Of a stretch of 64,000 nt of DNA, positions 56,001 through 64,000 are shown piece by piece. Numbering within the stretch: the first letter of the stretch is position 1; every line of letters starts with the position of its first letter. The notes below the pieces were generated by a model, which saw nothing but the letters and a program-made list of their open reading frames with translations, was not told the DNA's origin and made no database searches. The position numbers and the translations under genes were made by a program. The stretch lies in NCBI GenBank assembly GCA_002506825.1, contig DAYH01000031.1, positions 84,049 through 148,048 of the forward strand. Direction: 5' to 3'. The stretch is from Euryarchaeota archaeon UBA103 (GTDB taxonomy: Archaea > Thermoplasmatota > Poseidoniia > Poseidoniales > Thalassarchaeaceae).

Positions 56001-58317
56001 AACCATCCATTTGACGATGCTTTGTCATTATGGCTTCTCCCTTCTGTTGGAATTGCTTGGGGCTTACTTCCTCAGCACCTATTCTCCTAGGGTTCAGCAT
56101 GCTTCTGGATGAAACTTCCCTAAATCTCTTTGAGAACAGTTGTGAATCCATCATATATCTCTGGAGTATTTCCTCACTAGTGTCATTTCTGAAAACTTCT
56201 GGAATTTTGGAGATCTCAACCTCATGACTCAATTTTGCCATGAATCCGTTCTCATCGAACGAGAGCTCGTGAACGATTATGTTTTCTTTGGATGCAATCC
56301 CGGCGAAGAGGTATCCTAGAGCGAGATTGAAAGCCCTCCCCCTGCATGTAGTCACAACATAAGTCGGCAGGGGGGATTCCACCTGCTCAATGAGTATCCT
56401 GTCGTTTGAAGGAACCTGGAAGGTAGTAGCCACGTGCTCGTCTAAGAATTGTTTTAATGCCAGGGCTACTGGTCTATTGAGCTGTAATGCTTCTGTCAAG
56501 ATTGGCTCATAATCAGTACCCATTCGAGCGCCTACAGAAATCTTACTCAATAGCCTCAGGACCGCTTGGCTGAGCTCATGTGTACGGCTGTTAGCCTCGC
56601 CCGTCCACGATGGAATTGTAGGCCTGTATCCCGTAGCAGGAGTAACATTTACTCTGGTTCCCCTGATACTAGCGACTCTGTAAGTAGAGCCCCCCAATAG
56701 GAATACGTCTCCGTTTCTCAGACTTGAAACGAAAGATGAAGAAAGCTGACCGACTAGTGTTCCGTCCCCTGTGAAGACTAAGTAGCTGTTATCTGGTGCG
56801 ATTGTGCCAATATTGGTGTAGTAAATCATTTGTGCGAATCCACGCTTTCCGAATCTATTGTCTTCCCAGTCAAGCCAAACCCTCCTTTCTTCATCCAGCA
56901 TATCCAGGACTTCTATGTAGTCATCATAAGGAAGTGATTTGTATGGCCAAGAGGATGTCACAAGAGCGTAGGCATCATCTATATCCCATTCCTTGATTAT
57001 AGTTAGTCCGATTAGGAATTGTGCGAGTACATCGAGTGAATTCTGAGGGAATTTTAGCAAATCCATTTCTCCCTCGAGTATTGCCATTTGTAATGCTACG
57101 AGTTCCATCAGGTCATGAGGAGAAGTTGGGAGGAATCTGGCCCTGGGTAAGCCACCTACCTGGTGCCCGGCCCTGCCAATTCTCTGAAGAGCAGTGGCAA
57201 TTGACCCCGGTGAGCCGACTTGAATAACCAAGTCCACGGATCCTATATCTATGCCCATCTCTAGGCTAGATGATGAAACGACGCATCTTAGTAATCCGTT
57301 CTTGAGTTTGCTCTCTACATCTAGTCTGATGGCCTTATCCATGGAACCATGGTGCCCCTCGACACCCTCCATCCCAGATATCTTCAGCCTCTGTACTACG
57401 GTCTCGGTCATGTTCCTCGTATTCACGAAAACCAATGTCGTGGTGTGAGCCTCGGCTAATTCTTTGATTCTGTCTACGTTATGGTCCAATATTTCCTTAA
57501 CGGGAATAGAGCTGAATCTAGGTGTCGGGAGAATTATGTCCAAATCAAGCTCCCTGTCTCCTGAGATTTTTGCGATGGCGACCTTTTGTGGCTTTGCATC
57601 GGTCTCCCTTGAGTCGCTAGCAACTAGAAACTCAGCTACCGCATCTAAAGGCTCCATGGTAGCACTAATTCCAATTCTCTGAACATCGGAAGAGACCACA
57701 GTATCCATCAATGCCATACTGAGTGAGAGGTGAGTACCTCTCTTCGTTGGGACCAATGAGTGCATTTCGTCAATTATGAACCATTTCATTTGATCTAAAA
57801 TTGGCCTGAATCTCTTCGAAGCTAGTCCCAATCCTAGCGACTCAGGCGTTGTTATCAGTATATGAGGGGGTTTTCTGAGCATTTTTTGTCTTTCACTCTG
57901 AGGGGTGTCTCCCGTCCTGAGTCCAACCTTGATTTCCTTGGCCCTGCTTGGAAGATACCTCTCTTTTATTTCCCCCAGGGGACCAAGCAGATTCTTCTCA
58001 ATATCATTAGCAAGTGCCTTGATCGGGGAGATATATACGCATTGGACCGAATCTGGTAGTGTCCCATCCAGAGAGCCACGAACTAAGTCATCTATGATGG
58101 TGAGGAAAGCCGTTAGGGTTTTTCCCGATCCTGTGGGGGAACAAAGTAGAAGATGTTCCCCATTGAGAATCCTTGGAATTGCAACCTTCTGTGGCTCTGT
58201 GAAGTCTGGAAACTTGTCCATGAACCAATTTCTGACTGGTGGGCATAGCCTCTCTAGGAGCTCTTCTGTCTCCATCCTATCATGTACGTACTCAATTTCA
58301 GGCATTTTTTGCTGCAC
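53017..58317 (-). CDS. lhr: Large ATP-dependent helicase, Lhr family (Lhr core + long C-terminal extension resembling the bacterial Lhr-CTD/AlkZ-like region)
   Basis: 1766 aa; Walker A CSPTGSGKT, DEMH box, helicase C domain, Lhr-specific WH/domain-4 region, then about 850 additional residues. Confidence 0.8.
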   Translation of the reverse strand: MQQKMPEIEYVHDRMETEELLERLCPPVRNWFMDKFPDFTEPQKVAIPRILNGEHLLLCSPTGSGKTLTAFLTIIDDLVRGSLDGTLPDSVQCVYISPIKALANDIEKNLLGPLGEIKERYLPSRAKEIKVGLRTGDTPQSERQKMLRKPPHILITTPESLGLGLASKRFRPILDQMKWFIIDEMHSLVPTKRGTHLSLSMALMDTVVSSDVQRIGISATMEPLDAVAEFLVASDSRETDAKPQKVAIAKISGDRELDLDIILPTPRFSSIPVKEILDHNVDRIKELAEAHTTTLVFVNTRNMTETVVQRLKISGMEGVEGHHGSMDKAIRLDVESKLKNGLLRCVVSSSSLEMGIDIGSVDLVIQVGSPGSIATALQRIGRAGHQVGGLPRARFLPTSPHDLMELVALQMAILEGEMDLLKFPQNSLDVLAQFLIGLTIIKEWDIDDAYALVTSSWPYKSLPYDDYIEVLDMLDEERRVWLDWEDNRFGKRGFAQMIYYTNIGTIAPDNSYLVFTGDGTLVGQLSSSFVSSLRNGDVFLLGGSTYRVASIRGTRVNVTPATGYRPTIPSWTGEANSRTHELSQAVLRLLSKISVGARMGTDYEPILTEALQLNRPVALALKQFLDEHVATTFQVPSNDRILIEQVESPLPTYVVTTCRGRAFNLALGYLFAGIASKENIIVHELSFDENGFMAKLSHEVEISKIPEVFRNDTSEEILQRYMMDSQLFSKRFREVSSRSMLNPRRIGAEEVSPKQFQQKGEAIMTKHRQMDGSVIIREAMSEILNGDLDMEQLRNFISRMDSEDVRIVHRRVKMPSPLGMTLFMSAFEDLLSLRTRAYLIKDVDPEILRRLLGARSLATDLDKQMISEYYQSKVATPKNAIDLLRLMDMGGGLERGLTNPLYNSKLSEIDIPVIREWVHELAERGLITKVRNTNHEQIDDKWFSMRMAGVHGTLGCLAVAGASEMEDLRALYTGGLNYEIAEGFTGATPEKWVSSSLSDPLDCLRLKLLDMLGSEGPQTLDQLSDRLPFPLGQVESVLQELEMRNLVSIGFFTQTDEGEFILRVDEYRITGGSVEVVDYRTLQTLLLQKSFTEFSEPSEAIKSLALIQRRDELLHRVKNFRFRDWKDFKHDSDVYNGRLLHNRVGYTTLDQIPMLLGLRSEPWIGSLEEEILEKIPEEGITRTELLSEYPRGKENQHIQKSIKRAISNLERQLVVAKQYLDVPNRKRSIALFRRIHGVVKPLDFPEALAQLISKIGPVRLHTLRFFVSRPVEELAEVLRELETEGTICRVVALQPDPTDYYSSHGDAEKLLSPLSEDRKMRILAQSDPFCSRFIQEVRMILKQGWYHPVFKGVDPIGRILMFVVNDYLEIKDVNIPHSYLDEFKETFNELLDNYRDRLVDVSVMHSFNGVPVHDCDDNIQGILSELGFISMGDGERYIRGGIVEPRPRNEVNRLLFHTHNIHQISRWENETYALKEIDELRDDFALRGRCEMFRVDLQSMAATEQLHQGTNLRGHQVWARLPHFQRLLAIRNAPANEDDFGVLEFFRNHNDPSVFMERLAMRRAEFRKLISPLVRSGHLVQDYRGGFKTVEALKSSDLWSIKRQYLRELVEEYPVISMKQLERLAGTPFSPEEISDVLHEFEEDETLIKGFLVDDQQDISWGRKEILDSKAIPKTRDLVIPPSDPLIHYFGGILRERFGFGSAYLVFHKEEPIAAFKANTRNSTIDVTDFVGDSELEKEALRVMKEFAWEHQMPLTGDLYEKLRSR

Positions 58318-58472
58318 CTATCACTCGGTTCGGCTTCCTATGAGTACATCAATGCTTCTCTAAGAACCTCATTAATGGACGTTGATGGCATTACGAATAA
58401 CCCTACGGTCTATGCATCAACAGGCATTTCTCAAGGATGGCTTGAAAGATGGGTGGGTGGGTCGGAGATACA

Positions 58473-60197
58473 ATGCCCGAATCAAGGAGGCTGGATAGAC
58501 TCACGTCAATGATGAGGAGGCGTGGCATAGTTTTCCCTTCCTTTGAGATATATGGGGGAGTTGCAGGATTAGTGGATTATGGCCCGGTGGGGGCTACAAT
58601 CAAACGCAAGGTGGTGGAGTGTTGGATAGATCATTGGACTTCTGAGGGAGACATAGTAGAGATTGATTCCCCCACTATTACTCCGAAGTCGGTCTTGGTC
58701 GCCAGTGGCCATGTAGGAGAATTTAATGATTACATGTCCGAATGTAGGACATGCGATTCAGCATTTAGAAGTGATCACTTAATCGAGGGTATGCATGAAA
58801 ACCCAGACTCCCTTGATGGGGGGGAGCTAGACTCTATTATTTCGTCTAACAATATACCTTGCCCTAATTGTGATGACCCTGAGTGGGCTGAAGCAAGGCC
58901 GATGAATCTGATGTTCCCCACTACTATTGGCGCCATGGGCGGCGGCAGGGAAGCTTACATGAGGCCTGAAACAGCACAGGGGATGTTCATGCTTTATCCT
59001 TCACTATACCGGCATTTCAAGCAGAAGCTGCCATTCGGGGCGGTTCAAACTGGCAGGGGATACAGGAATGAAATCAGCCCTAGGCAGGGAATGATTAGGC
59101 TAAGGGAGTTCAATATGGCAGAGCTAGAGTACTTTATTGATCCTGAAAACCCACCTGGCAAGAGTGGCCTGGATCAAACTCATGGCGAAATAGTGGAGAT
59201 GATCTCAGACCCAGAAGGAGAAAGTCCAGGAAATCATAGAATCTCTATCCAGAGTGCTCTGAATGATGGGATTGTTAAGCATCCGACAGTTGCCTCATTT
59301 CTAGCGAGGACATATGAATTTCTTGTCAAAATTGGTATTGATGGAGAGAGGATTAGATTCAGGCAACACGCTGGATCGGAGATGGCCCACTATGCATCGG
59401 ATTGCTGGGATTGCGAAATTCATGGAGAGTATGGTTGGATAGAGTGTGTTGGTATTGCGAACAGAACATGTCATGACCTAGAATCTCATGAGGCATATTC
59501 TGGGACTAACCTCTTGCGGGCATGGAGGCAGTTTGAATCTCCACGCAAGGTTTCGAAGGAAGTTCTGTCTCCTAATGGATCTGTAATTGGACCAATATTT
59601 AGGCAGAAGGCAGGAGAAGTGGCATCGGCAATCAGTGGATTGGAAGGGACTCCGCCCCCTACGCCCTTCAAGCTAGCACTAGAAGATGGTTCAGAAGTTG
59701 AGATCACGTCCGAGATGGTTACGTTGAAGAAGGAAGAAGGGAATGTTCATGGAGAGTGGTTCACACCTCATGTAATCGAACCTGCCTTCGGCATAGACAG
59801 GATAATCTGGCATGTTCTCGATCATGCGTTTACTGAGGATGGCAAAGACTCCGAGGATTATGTTACTCTTAGGCTGAATGAGAGAGTTTGCCCTTATGAC
59901 CTCTCTATTCTGCCCCTTTTTGACAAGGACGGTATGGACGAACTGGCTAACTCCCTACTTTCCGAAATATTATCCATAAGAGGAGTTCAAGTCAATCTTG
60001 ACTCTACTGGATCCATTGGAAAAAGATATGCCAGAGCTGATGAGATTGGAGTCCCATGGGCCGTTACCGTTGACCACTCTAGCTTGGTCGATGGAACTGT
60101 CACCATAAGGAACAGGGATAATCAACAACAGATTCGAGTCGGGACTGAGAAGTTGATTAGTCACATAGAAAGTGGGGATATATCGTCTCTTTTCTGA
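58473..60197 (+). CDS. glyS: Glycyl-tRNA synthetase (archaeal/eukaryotic alpha2 type)
   Basis: FPSFEIYGGVAGLVDYGPVG N-terminal signature; class II motifs. Start placed at ATG 58473; the ORF is open from 58449. Confidence 0.85.
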   Translation: MPESRRLDRLTSMMRRRGIVFPSFEIYGGVAGLVDYGPVGATIKRKVVECWIDHWTSEGDIVEIDSPTITPKSVLVASGHVGEFNDYMSECRTCDSAFRSDHLIEGMHENPDSLDGGELDSIISSNNIPCPNCDDPEWAEARPMNLMFPTTIGAMGGGREAYMRPETAQGMFMLYPSLYRHFKQKLPFGAVQTGRGYRNEISPRQGMIRLREFNMAELEYFIDPENPPGKSGLDQTHGEIVEMISDPEGESPGNHRISIQSALNDGIVKHPTVASFLARTYEFLVKIGIDGERIRFRQHAGSEMAHYASDCWDCEIHGEYGWIECVGIANRTCHDLESHEAYSGTNLLRAWRQFESPRKVSKEVLSPNGSVIGPIFRQKAGEVASAISGLEGTPPPTPFKLALEDGSEVEITSEMVTLKKEEGNVHGEWFTPHVIEPAFGIDRIIWHVLDHAFTEDGKDSEDYVTLRLNERVCPYDLSILPLFDKDGMDELANSLLSEILSIRGVQVNLDSTGSIGKRYARADEIGVPWAVTVDHSSLVDGTVTIRNRDNQQQIRVGTEKLISHIESGDISSLF

Positions 60198-60229
60198 CTC
60201 CCAATCTTCATGGAGTCCCAGTTAGACGG

Positions 60230-61744
60230 ATGGATGTGTCAGTGGCGCAAGAGAGTGATGATTGGGCTGAGAAGTATCGGCCGACCAGCATCAGGGAGAT
60301 GGAAGGGAACGAGTCACAGATAAGATCCATCAGGCAATGGCTGGATACTTGGTCAATGGGAAAAATTCCTAAAAAAAGAGGGGTGTTACTTTCTGGGCCA
60401 CCCGGAGTGGGAAAAACAACGATCGCCAAGGCTGTGGCCAAGGAGATGGGATGGGCAATAATCGAGCTCAATGCCTCTGAGGAAAGGAATGCGGCCTCAA
60501 TAAGAAAGGCCGCGACAAGAGGGTCCCAACATGTCTCCCTAGACATGTTCTCAGGCGATTCGAAACCGGATGGGAAGACAATAATTCTCCTGGACGAAGT
60601 GGATCATCTGGCAGGTGGTTTTTCTAAGGTCTCAGAAGACAGGATTGGCAAGTCAATCTCCTCCGAAGACGAGTCAAAGAGCATCTCCGGAGACTCAGGC
60701 GGTAAGGCAGAGTTGATGCATCTCCTGAAGGTCTCAATGCAACCGGTAATCATGACCTGTAATGATCCAATGCGCCTCTGGGGGGGCGGGAGGGCCTGGA
60801 GAATGAACAGAGACAGGGTCCTTAGATTGGCCGATATGGTACAATTCAAGAGGGCGAATAATGGAGATATGCGGAAAATTGCCTACAGGATTCTTGATGG
60901 AGAGGACCTATCAATCGATCCAGGGGCTTTAGAAGAGTTAATTTCTGGCAATCCGGGGGACCTCCGGGCTCTAGCGAGAGACCTACAAGCGGTTTCTTCG
61001 CTAGTAGATGGGCATGTCAACTTAGGACATATTAGAGGACTGAGGGACGTTTCTGAAAGAGATTCGCAGATTGATGTATTCAGAGCCATGAAAGAGATAT
61101 ACTCTAGCAGCGATGGTTCTAAAGCGTCCGAAATTCTCAGAAATAGTGACAAAGATCCGGATCAGATGCTAGCTTGGTTCTCTTGGAACAACCAATCTGT
61201 ATTTGATTCGGCGGGCCTTGCTTCGATTAGCGCGGCTATGGAGATGGCTGACAGGTCCCTGGCTACCAAGTTCACGAATCGTGCATTCAGATCTTGGTAT
61301 TGGGGATCTGCCCTAACCTCGCAAGCTGCGGTTTCCCAGTCTCCAATCACATCTGACCCCTATCTTGGTTACCCAGACTTTCTTAGAAGAGGTGCAGAGT
61401 CTTGGAGGAGCGTCAATGTCGTCTCCACTATGTCAGAGAATGTTTCTACAAGTAAGTCATCATTCAGAGAAGAATTGTGGCCACTTTTGCTGGCTGTACA
61501 TGATGAGTCCCTGGGAGGAGAGCCTGATGACTTCAGTATCTCTAAGAGAATGGGGCTTGCAGTAGAAGAGCATCTGTCGCTACATGGCATAGCTAAGACT
61601 AGTAGAAAGGGAAAGTCGATTATCAACAAATACGAGGAGCAAGAGAAATTGTCAGAGCCACTGCCTGAGCTGCCCCTCGAAAATAATGTTGATAATGAAA
61701 ATTCAGAGAGTAGCGATAAGCAATTCACACTTGACTCATTCTAG
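60230..61744 (+). CDS. rfcL: Replication factor C large subunit
   Basis: 504 aa; WAEKYRP, Walker A GPPGVGKTT, DEVD box. Confidence 0.85.
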   Translation: MDVSVAQESDDWAEKYRPTSIREMEGNESQIRSIRQWLDTWSMGKIPKKRGVLLSGPPGVGKTTIAKAVAKEMGWAIIELNASEERNAASIRKAATRGSQHVSLDMFSGDSKPDGKTIILLDEVDHLAGGFSKVSEDRIGKSISSEDESKSISGDSGGKAELMHLLKVSMQPVIMTCNDPMRLWGGGRAWRMNRDRVLRLADMVQFKRANNGDMRKIAYRILDGEDLSIDPGALEELISGNPGDLRALARDLQAVSSLVDGHVNLGHIRGLRDVSERDSQIDVFRAMKEIYSSSDGSKASEILRNSDKDPDQMLAWFSWNNQSVFDSAGLASISAAMEMADRSLATKFTNRAFRSWYWGSALTSQAAVSQSPITSDPYLGYPDFLRRGAESWRSVNVVSTMSENVSTSKSSFREELWPLLLAVHDESLGGEPDDFSISKRMGLAVEEHLSLHGIAKTSRKGKSIINKYEEQEKLSEPLPELPLENNVDNENSESSDKQFTLDSF

Positions 61745-63313
61745 CTAGATGTCACTTCTCCAGGTCTTGGGATGCAGCAGCACCAACACGGTCAGTAGCT
61801 CTAGCCTCCCTAGCCACATCAATAGTGATGCCACTACCAATGATGGCTCGCCTAGTGCCGCCCATGTCGCAGTGGGCCCAAATGCGCCTAGCGCTGGCCC
61901 GGTATTACCAAGGAGAGAAAGGGAAACGGAGAGAACGTCAGTCATATCCAAGGATGGCTCCAATAGAGAGAATACTAGTATGGATGCAGTAACAAGAACT
62001 GTCCAAGAACTTAGCATTCCCAAAACGGTCCATATCCTCTTCTCGTCGATGACCTCATCATTGAATCTTATCGCTACTACCTTCCTAGGCTGGATAATCT
62101 TCAATATCTCTCTTTTTGAAAGTTCGAAAGCGATTCTTATTCTCAGTACTTTGAGGCCCCCTCCTGTGGAGCCGGCTGTTGCCCCTATGATCATCAACAA
62201 TAGCAATACGAACTGACTGAAAAGAGGCCAAGTAGCGAAATCTGCAGAGGAGTAACCAGTACTCGATATGGAAATAGCTTGGAACATCGAGTGCCTGATA
62301 GTTTCTAAGAAGCCCAGATCTTGCGGGCCTGAGCTGTAAATATTGAAAGCCATGGACACCCATGCAACTAGTAGGATGAAGAGGTAGCTCCTGACTTCAC
62401 CATCTTTGAATGCCTCCTTTGATCTCCCTGCGAGAATTAAATGAAGGAGGCTGAAGTTGATGCAAGTGAGAACCATAAAGATCATGAGAATCACCTCTAT
62501 TCTGGCTGAGCTGAATGCCATAACCCCTCCATCAGTAGTACCAAAGCCACCGGATGAGAGGGTTGTTAGGGCATAATTTACAGAGTCGAATAAGCTCATT
62601 TCACCTATGAATCTGAGAAGTGCCATCTCAATTACTGTGAGTATGATATAAATTGACCATAGCCTCCTTGCGGTAGACTGCAACGAGGGGCCCAATCTGG
62701 AAAGTGATGGGCCTGTCAGTTCGGCTCTTGCCAATGACATGCCTCCTCCTAAGGCCTGAGAAAGTATGAGAAGTCCCAGCATTATCACACCCATTCCACC
62801 AAGCCACTGAGTGAGTGACCTCCAGAGTATCAGACTCTGTGGCTGGGAACTGATACAATCCGCTCCCTCTACACATAGGGGGCTTGTCGAATGGTCTATC
62901 ACAGTGGATCCTGTTGTGGTAAAACCTGACATTGACTCGAACCATGAGTGAATGGCTCCTGAGAAGACATCGGCTACTGCGACAGTGTCCATGGAAAGCT
63001 CGGCAGGCCCGTAGAAGACCCCTCCTAGCCAGTAGGGTAATGCCCCCAGAACCACAACAGGAATCCATCCGAGAGCTACAGAGGCGAATGCTTCACGATC
63101 CCTCAGTCTAGAAGCGGTATCGGCCCCCTTGGCCAATGAAACTAGGCTTTGTCCTACAAATGCGGCCAGGATAAGAGGGATCAGGTAGGTTCTAGCGGCG
63201 AACTCATATCCCTCGGAATCCAAATAGCAACTATAAGCGGCTACCAAAGCAAGAGGTAGGGCGACTAGTCTAATCGTCCATCCTAAGACAAAACCGACAA
63301 CGTCCCAGCGCAT
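61745..63313 (-). CDS. trkH: Trk-type potassium transporter membrane subunit TrkH
   Basis: 522 aa; repeated pore-loop GFxTxG-like segments (TTTGSTV, SSGGFGT). Confidence 0.8.
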   Translation of the reverse strand: MRWDVVGFVLGWTIRLVALPLALVAAYSCYLDSEGYEFAARTYLIPLILAAFVGQSLVSLAKGADTASRLRDREAFASVALGWIPVVVLGALPYWLGGVFYGPAELSMDTVAVADVFSGAIHSWFESMSGFTTTGSTVIDHSTSPLCVEGADCISSQPQSLILWRSLTQWLGGMGVIMLGLLILSQALGGGMSLARAELTGPSLSRLGPSLQSTARRLWSIYIILTVIEMALLRFIGEMSLFDSVNYALTTLSSGGFGTTDGGVMAFSSARIEVILMIFMVLTCINFSLLHLILAGRSKEAFKDGEVRSYLFILLVAWVSMAFNIYSSGPQDLGFLETIRHSMFQAISISSTGYSSADFATWPLFSQFVLLLLMIIGATAGSTGGGLKVLRIRIAFELSKREILKIIQPRKVVAIRFNDEVIDEKRIWTVLGMLSSWTVLVTASILVFSLLEPSLDMTDVLSVSLSLLGNTGPALGAFGPTATWAALGEPSLVVASLLMWLGRLELLTVLVLLHPKTWRSDI

Positions 63314-63315
63314 GA

Positions 63316-64000
63316 TTAGCTCCCAAGAGTCTTCTCAAGCTTCTTCAAATCGTCCTTTAGCAAAAGAATGTACAGCCTATCTCCTAGCAATATAGTTTCC
63401 ACCTGGCTAGGATCGAGAACGGAAACCTTTCCGTCAAAGTCCTCTCTGTCTATCATGGCTATTCTTGCTCCAAATTTGGACTCAACCTTTGAGATCGGCC
63501 ATCCCTCTATGCCTTGTTCTGCTTTTACTTCGGCTGAAATTGATATTACCTCTGGAACGTTCGGTATCACTTGGAATGTTCCTGGGACATTCATATGAAT
63601 GGATTTTAGTATACCAGTTACGACCACTTGCCTCCTACTTACGGGGTTAATCGAGCCAATCCTATGGACTGCATCGACAAGTGCCCTGTCTCCAAGGACA
63701 AGGCCTGTTCTCAAGACGCCCTTGTCCTTGGCCCTCATGGAAATAGCGATGTTTAGGTTGTCGTCCTCCAGAGCGGCAACGGCGATGTCATGGCTATGGA
63801 TGTCAAGCTCCCTGAGAAGATCCTCGTCTTGGGGATCTCCATGGATTACATCGAGCCTCTTACTATTTCCCACGCTAGATCCCACTAGTTCATTCGCCAA
63901 ATCTAATTCTGGCTCAATGACAACGACACTGTGACCCCTTCTTAGGTAGTAATCTGACAGCCTCACTCCGAACTGACTGGCGCCGAAAACAGCTATCTGT
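63316..64000 (-). CDS. trkA: Trk system NAD-binding subunit TrkA (5-prime end outside the window)
   Basis: The reading frame stays open beyond the listed GTG to the window edge (IAVFGASQFG Rossmann motif is encoded by 63967..64000); TrkA-N and TrkA-C domains. Confidence 0.75.
   Translation of the reverse strand, partial: QIAVFGASQFGVRLSDYYLRRGHSVVVIEPELDLANELVGSSVGNSKRLDVIHGDPQDEDLLRELDIHSHDIAVAALEDDNLNIAISMRAKDKGVLRTGLVLGDRALVDAVHRIGSINPVSRRQVVVTGILKSIHMNVPGTFQVIPNVPEVISISAEVKAEQGIEGWPISKVESKFGARIAMIDREDFDGKVSVLDPSQVETILLGDRLYILLLKDDLKKLEKTLGS

Noticed and set aside
58449-58472. Upstream in-frame extension of glyS (MGGWVGDT)
   Set aside because: GlyRS N-terminal signature begins shortly after the ATG at 58473; the extra 8 codons are probably not translated, though this is unverified.
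1-64000. CRISPR arrays, cas genes, integrases, transposases, restriction-modification or toxin-antitoxin pairs
   Set aside because: Scanned for regularly spaced direct repeats and for hallmark motifs and found none. The only exact tandem repeat is the 24-nt coding repeat at 17667..17720, and the GGN-rich stretch at ~18475..18560 is the polyproline coding tract.

Overview
The window reads as a densely coding (~93%) segment of an archaeal chromosome. The markers are unambiguous: aEF-2, proteasome-activating nucleotidase, exosome subunits Rrp4/Rrp41/Rrp42 with L37ae, prefoldin beta and proteasome alpha, primase PriS, RFC large subunit, Kae1, TiaS, Tsr3, split methylmalonyl-CoA mutase and split transketolase. 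The gene repertoire suggests a Thermoplasmatota-like or marine euryarchaeon, but this cannot be confirmed from sequence alone.

I find no CRISPR array, integrase, transposase, restriction-modification system or other obvious mobile or defence island.

The main recognisable blocks are:
- A histidine-utilisation operon (hutU, hutH plus hutI) that uses a split glutamate formimidoyltransferase plus cyclodeaminase pair instead of HutG, with an AlaX editing protein at its end.
- A futalosine-type menaquinone cluster (MqnD-like, MqnA-like and a radical SAM MqnC/E-family gene), with a UbiD-family decarboxylase nearby.
- An operon of isopentenyl phosphate kinase followed by a fused type-1 IPP isomerase / GGPP synthase.
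- The ribosomal S12-S7-EF2 block and the exosome superoperon.
- A 1766-aa bacterial-type Lhr helicase.
- An archaeosortase-like gene beside heptose-type sugar genes.
- Several tRNA-synthetase genes (Met, Pro, Gly), TrkH/TrkA and one tRNA-Val(GAC).

The candidates for novelty are modest:
- A polyproline plus acidic-repeat protein and an RDD-like membrane protein downstream of the primase.
- A histone-H1-like Lys/Pro-rich protein next to Kae1.
- An AT-rich island upstream of the tRNA.
- Several small zinc-ribbon or membrane ORFs filling gaps.

All functional calls are from motif recognition by eye; no database search was possible.
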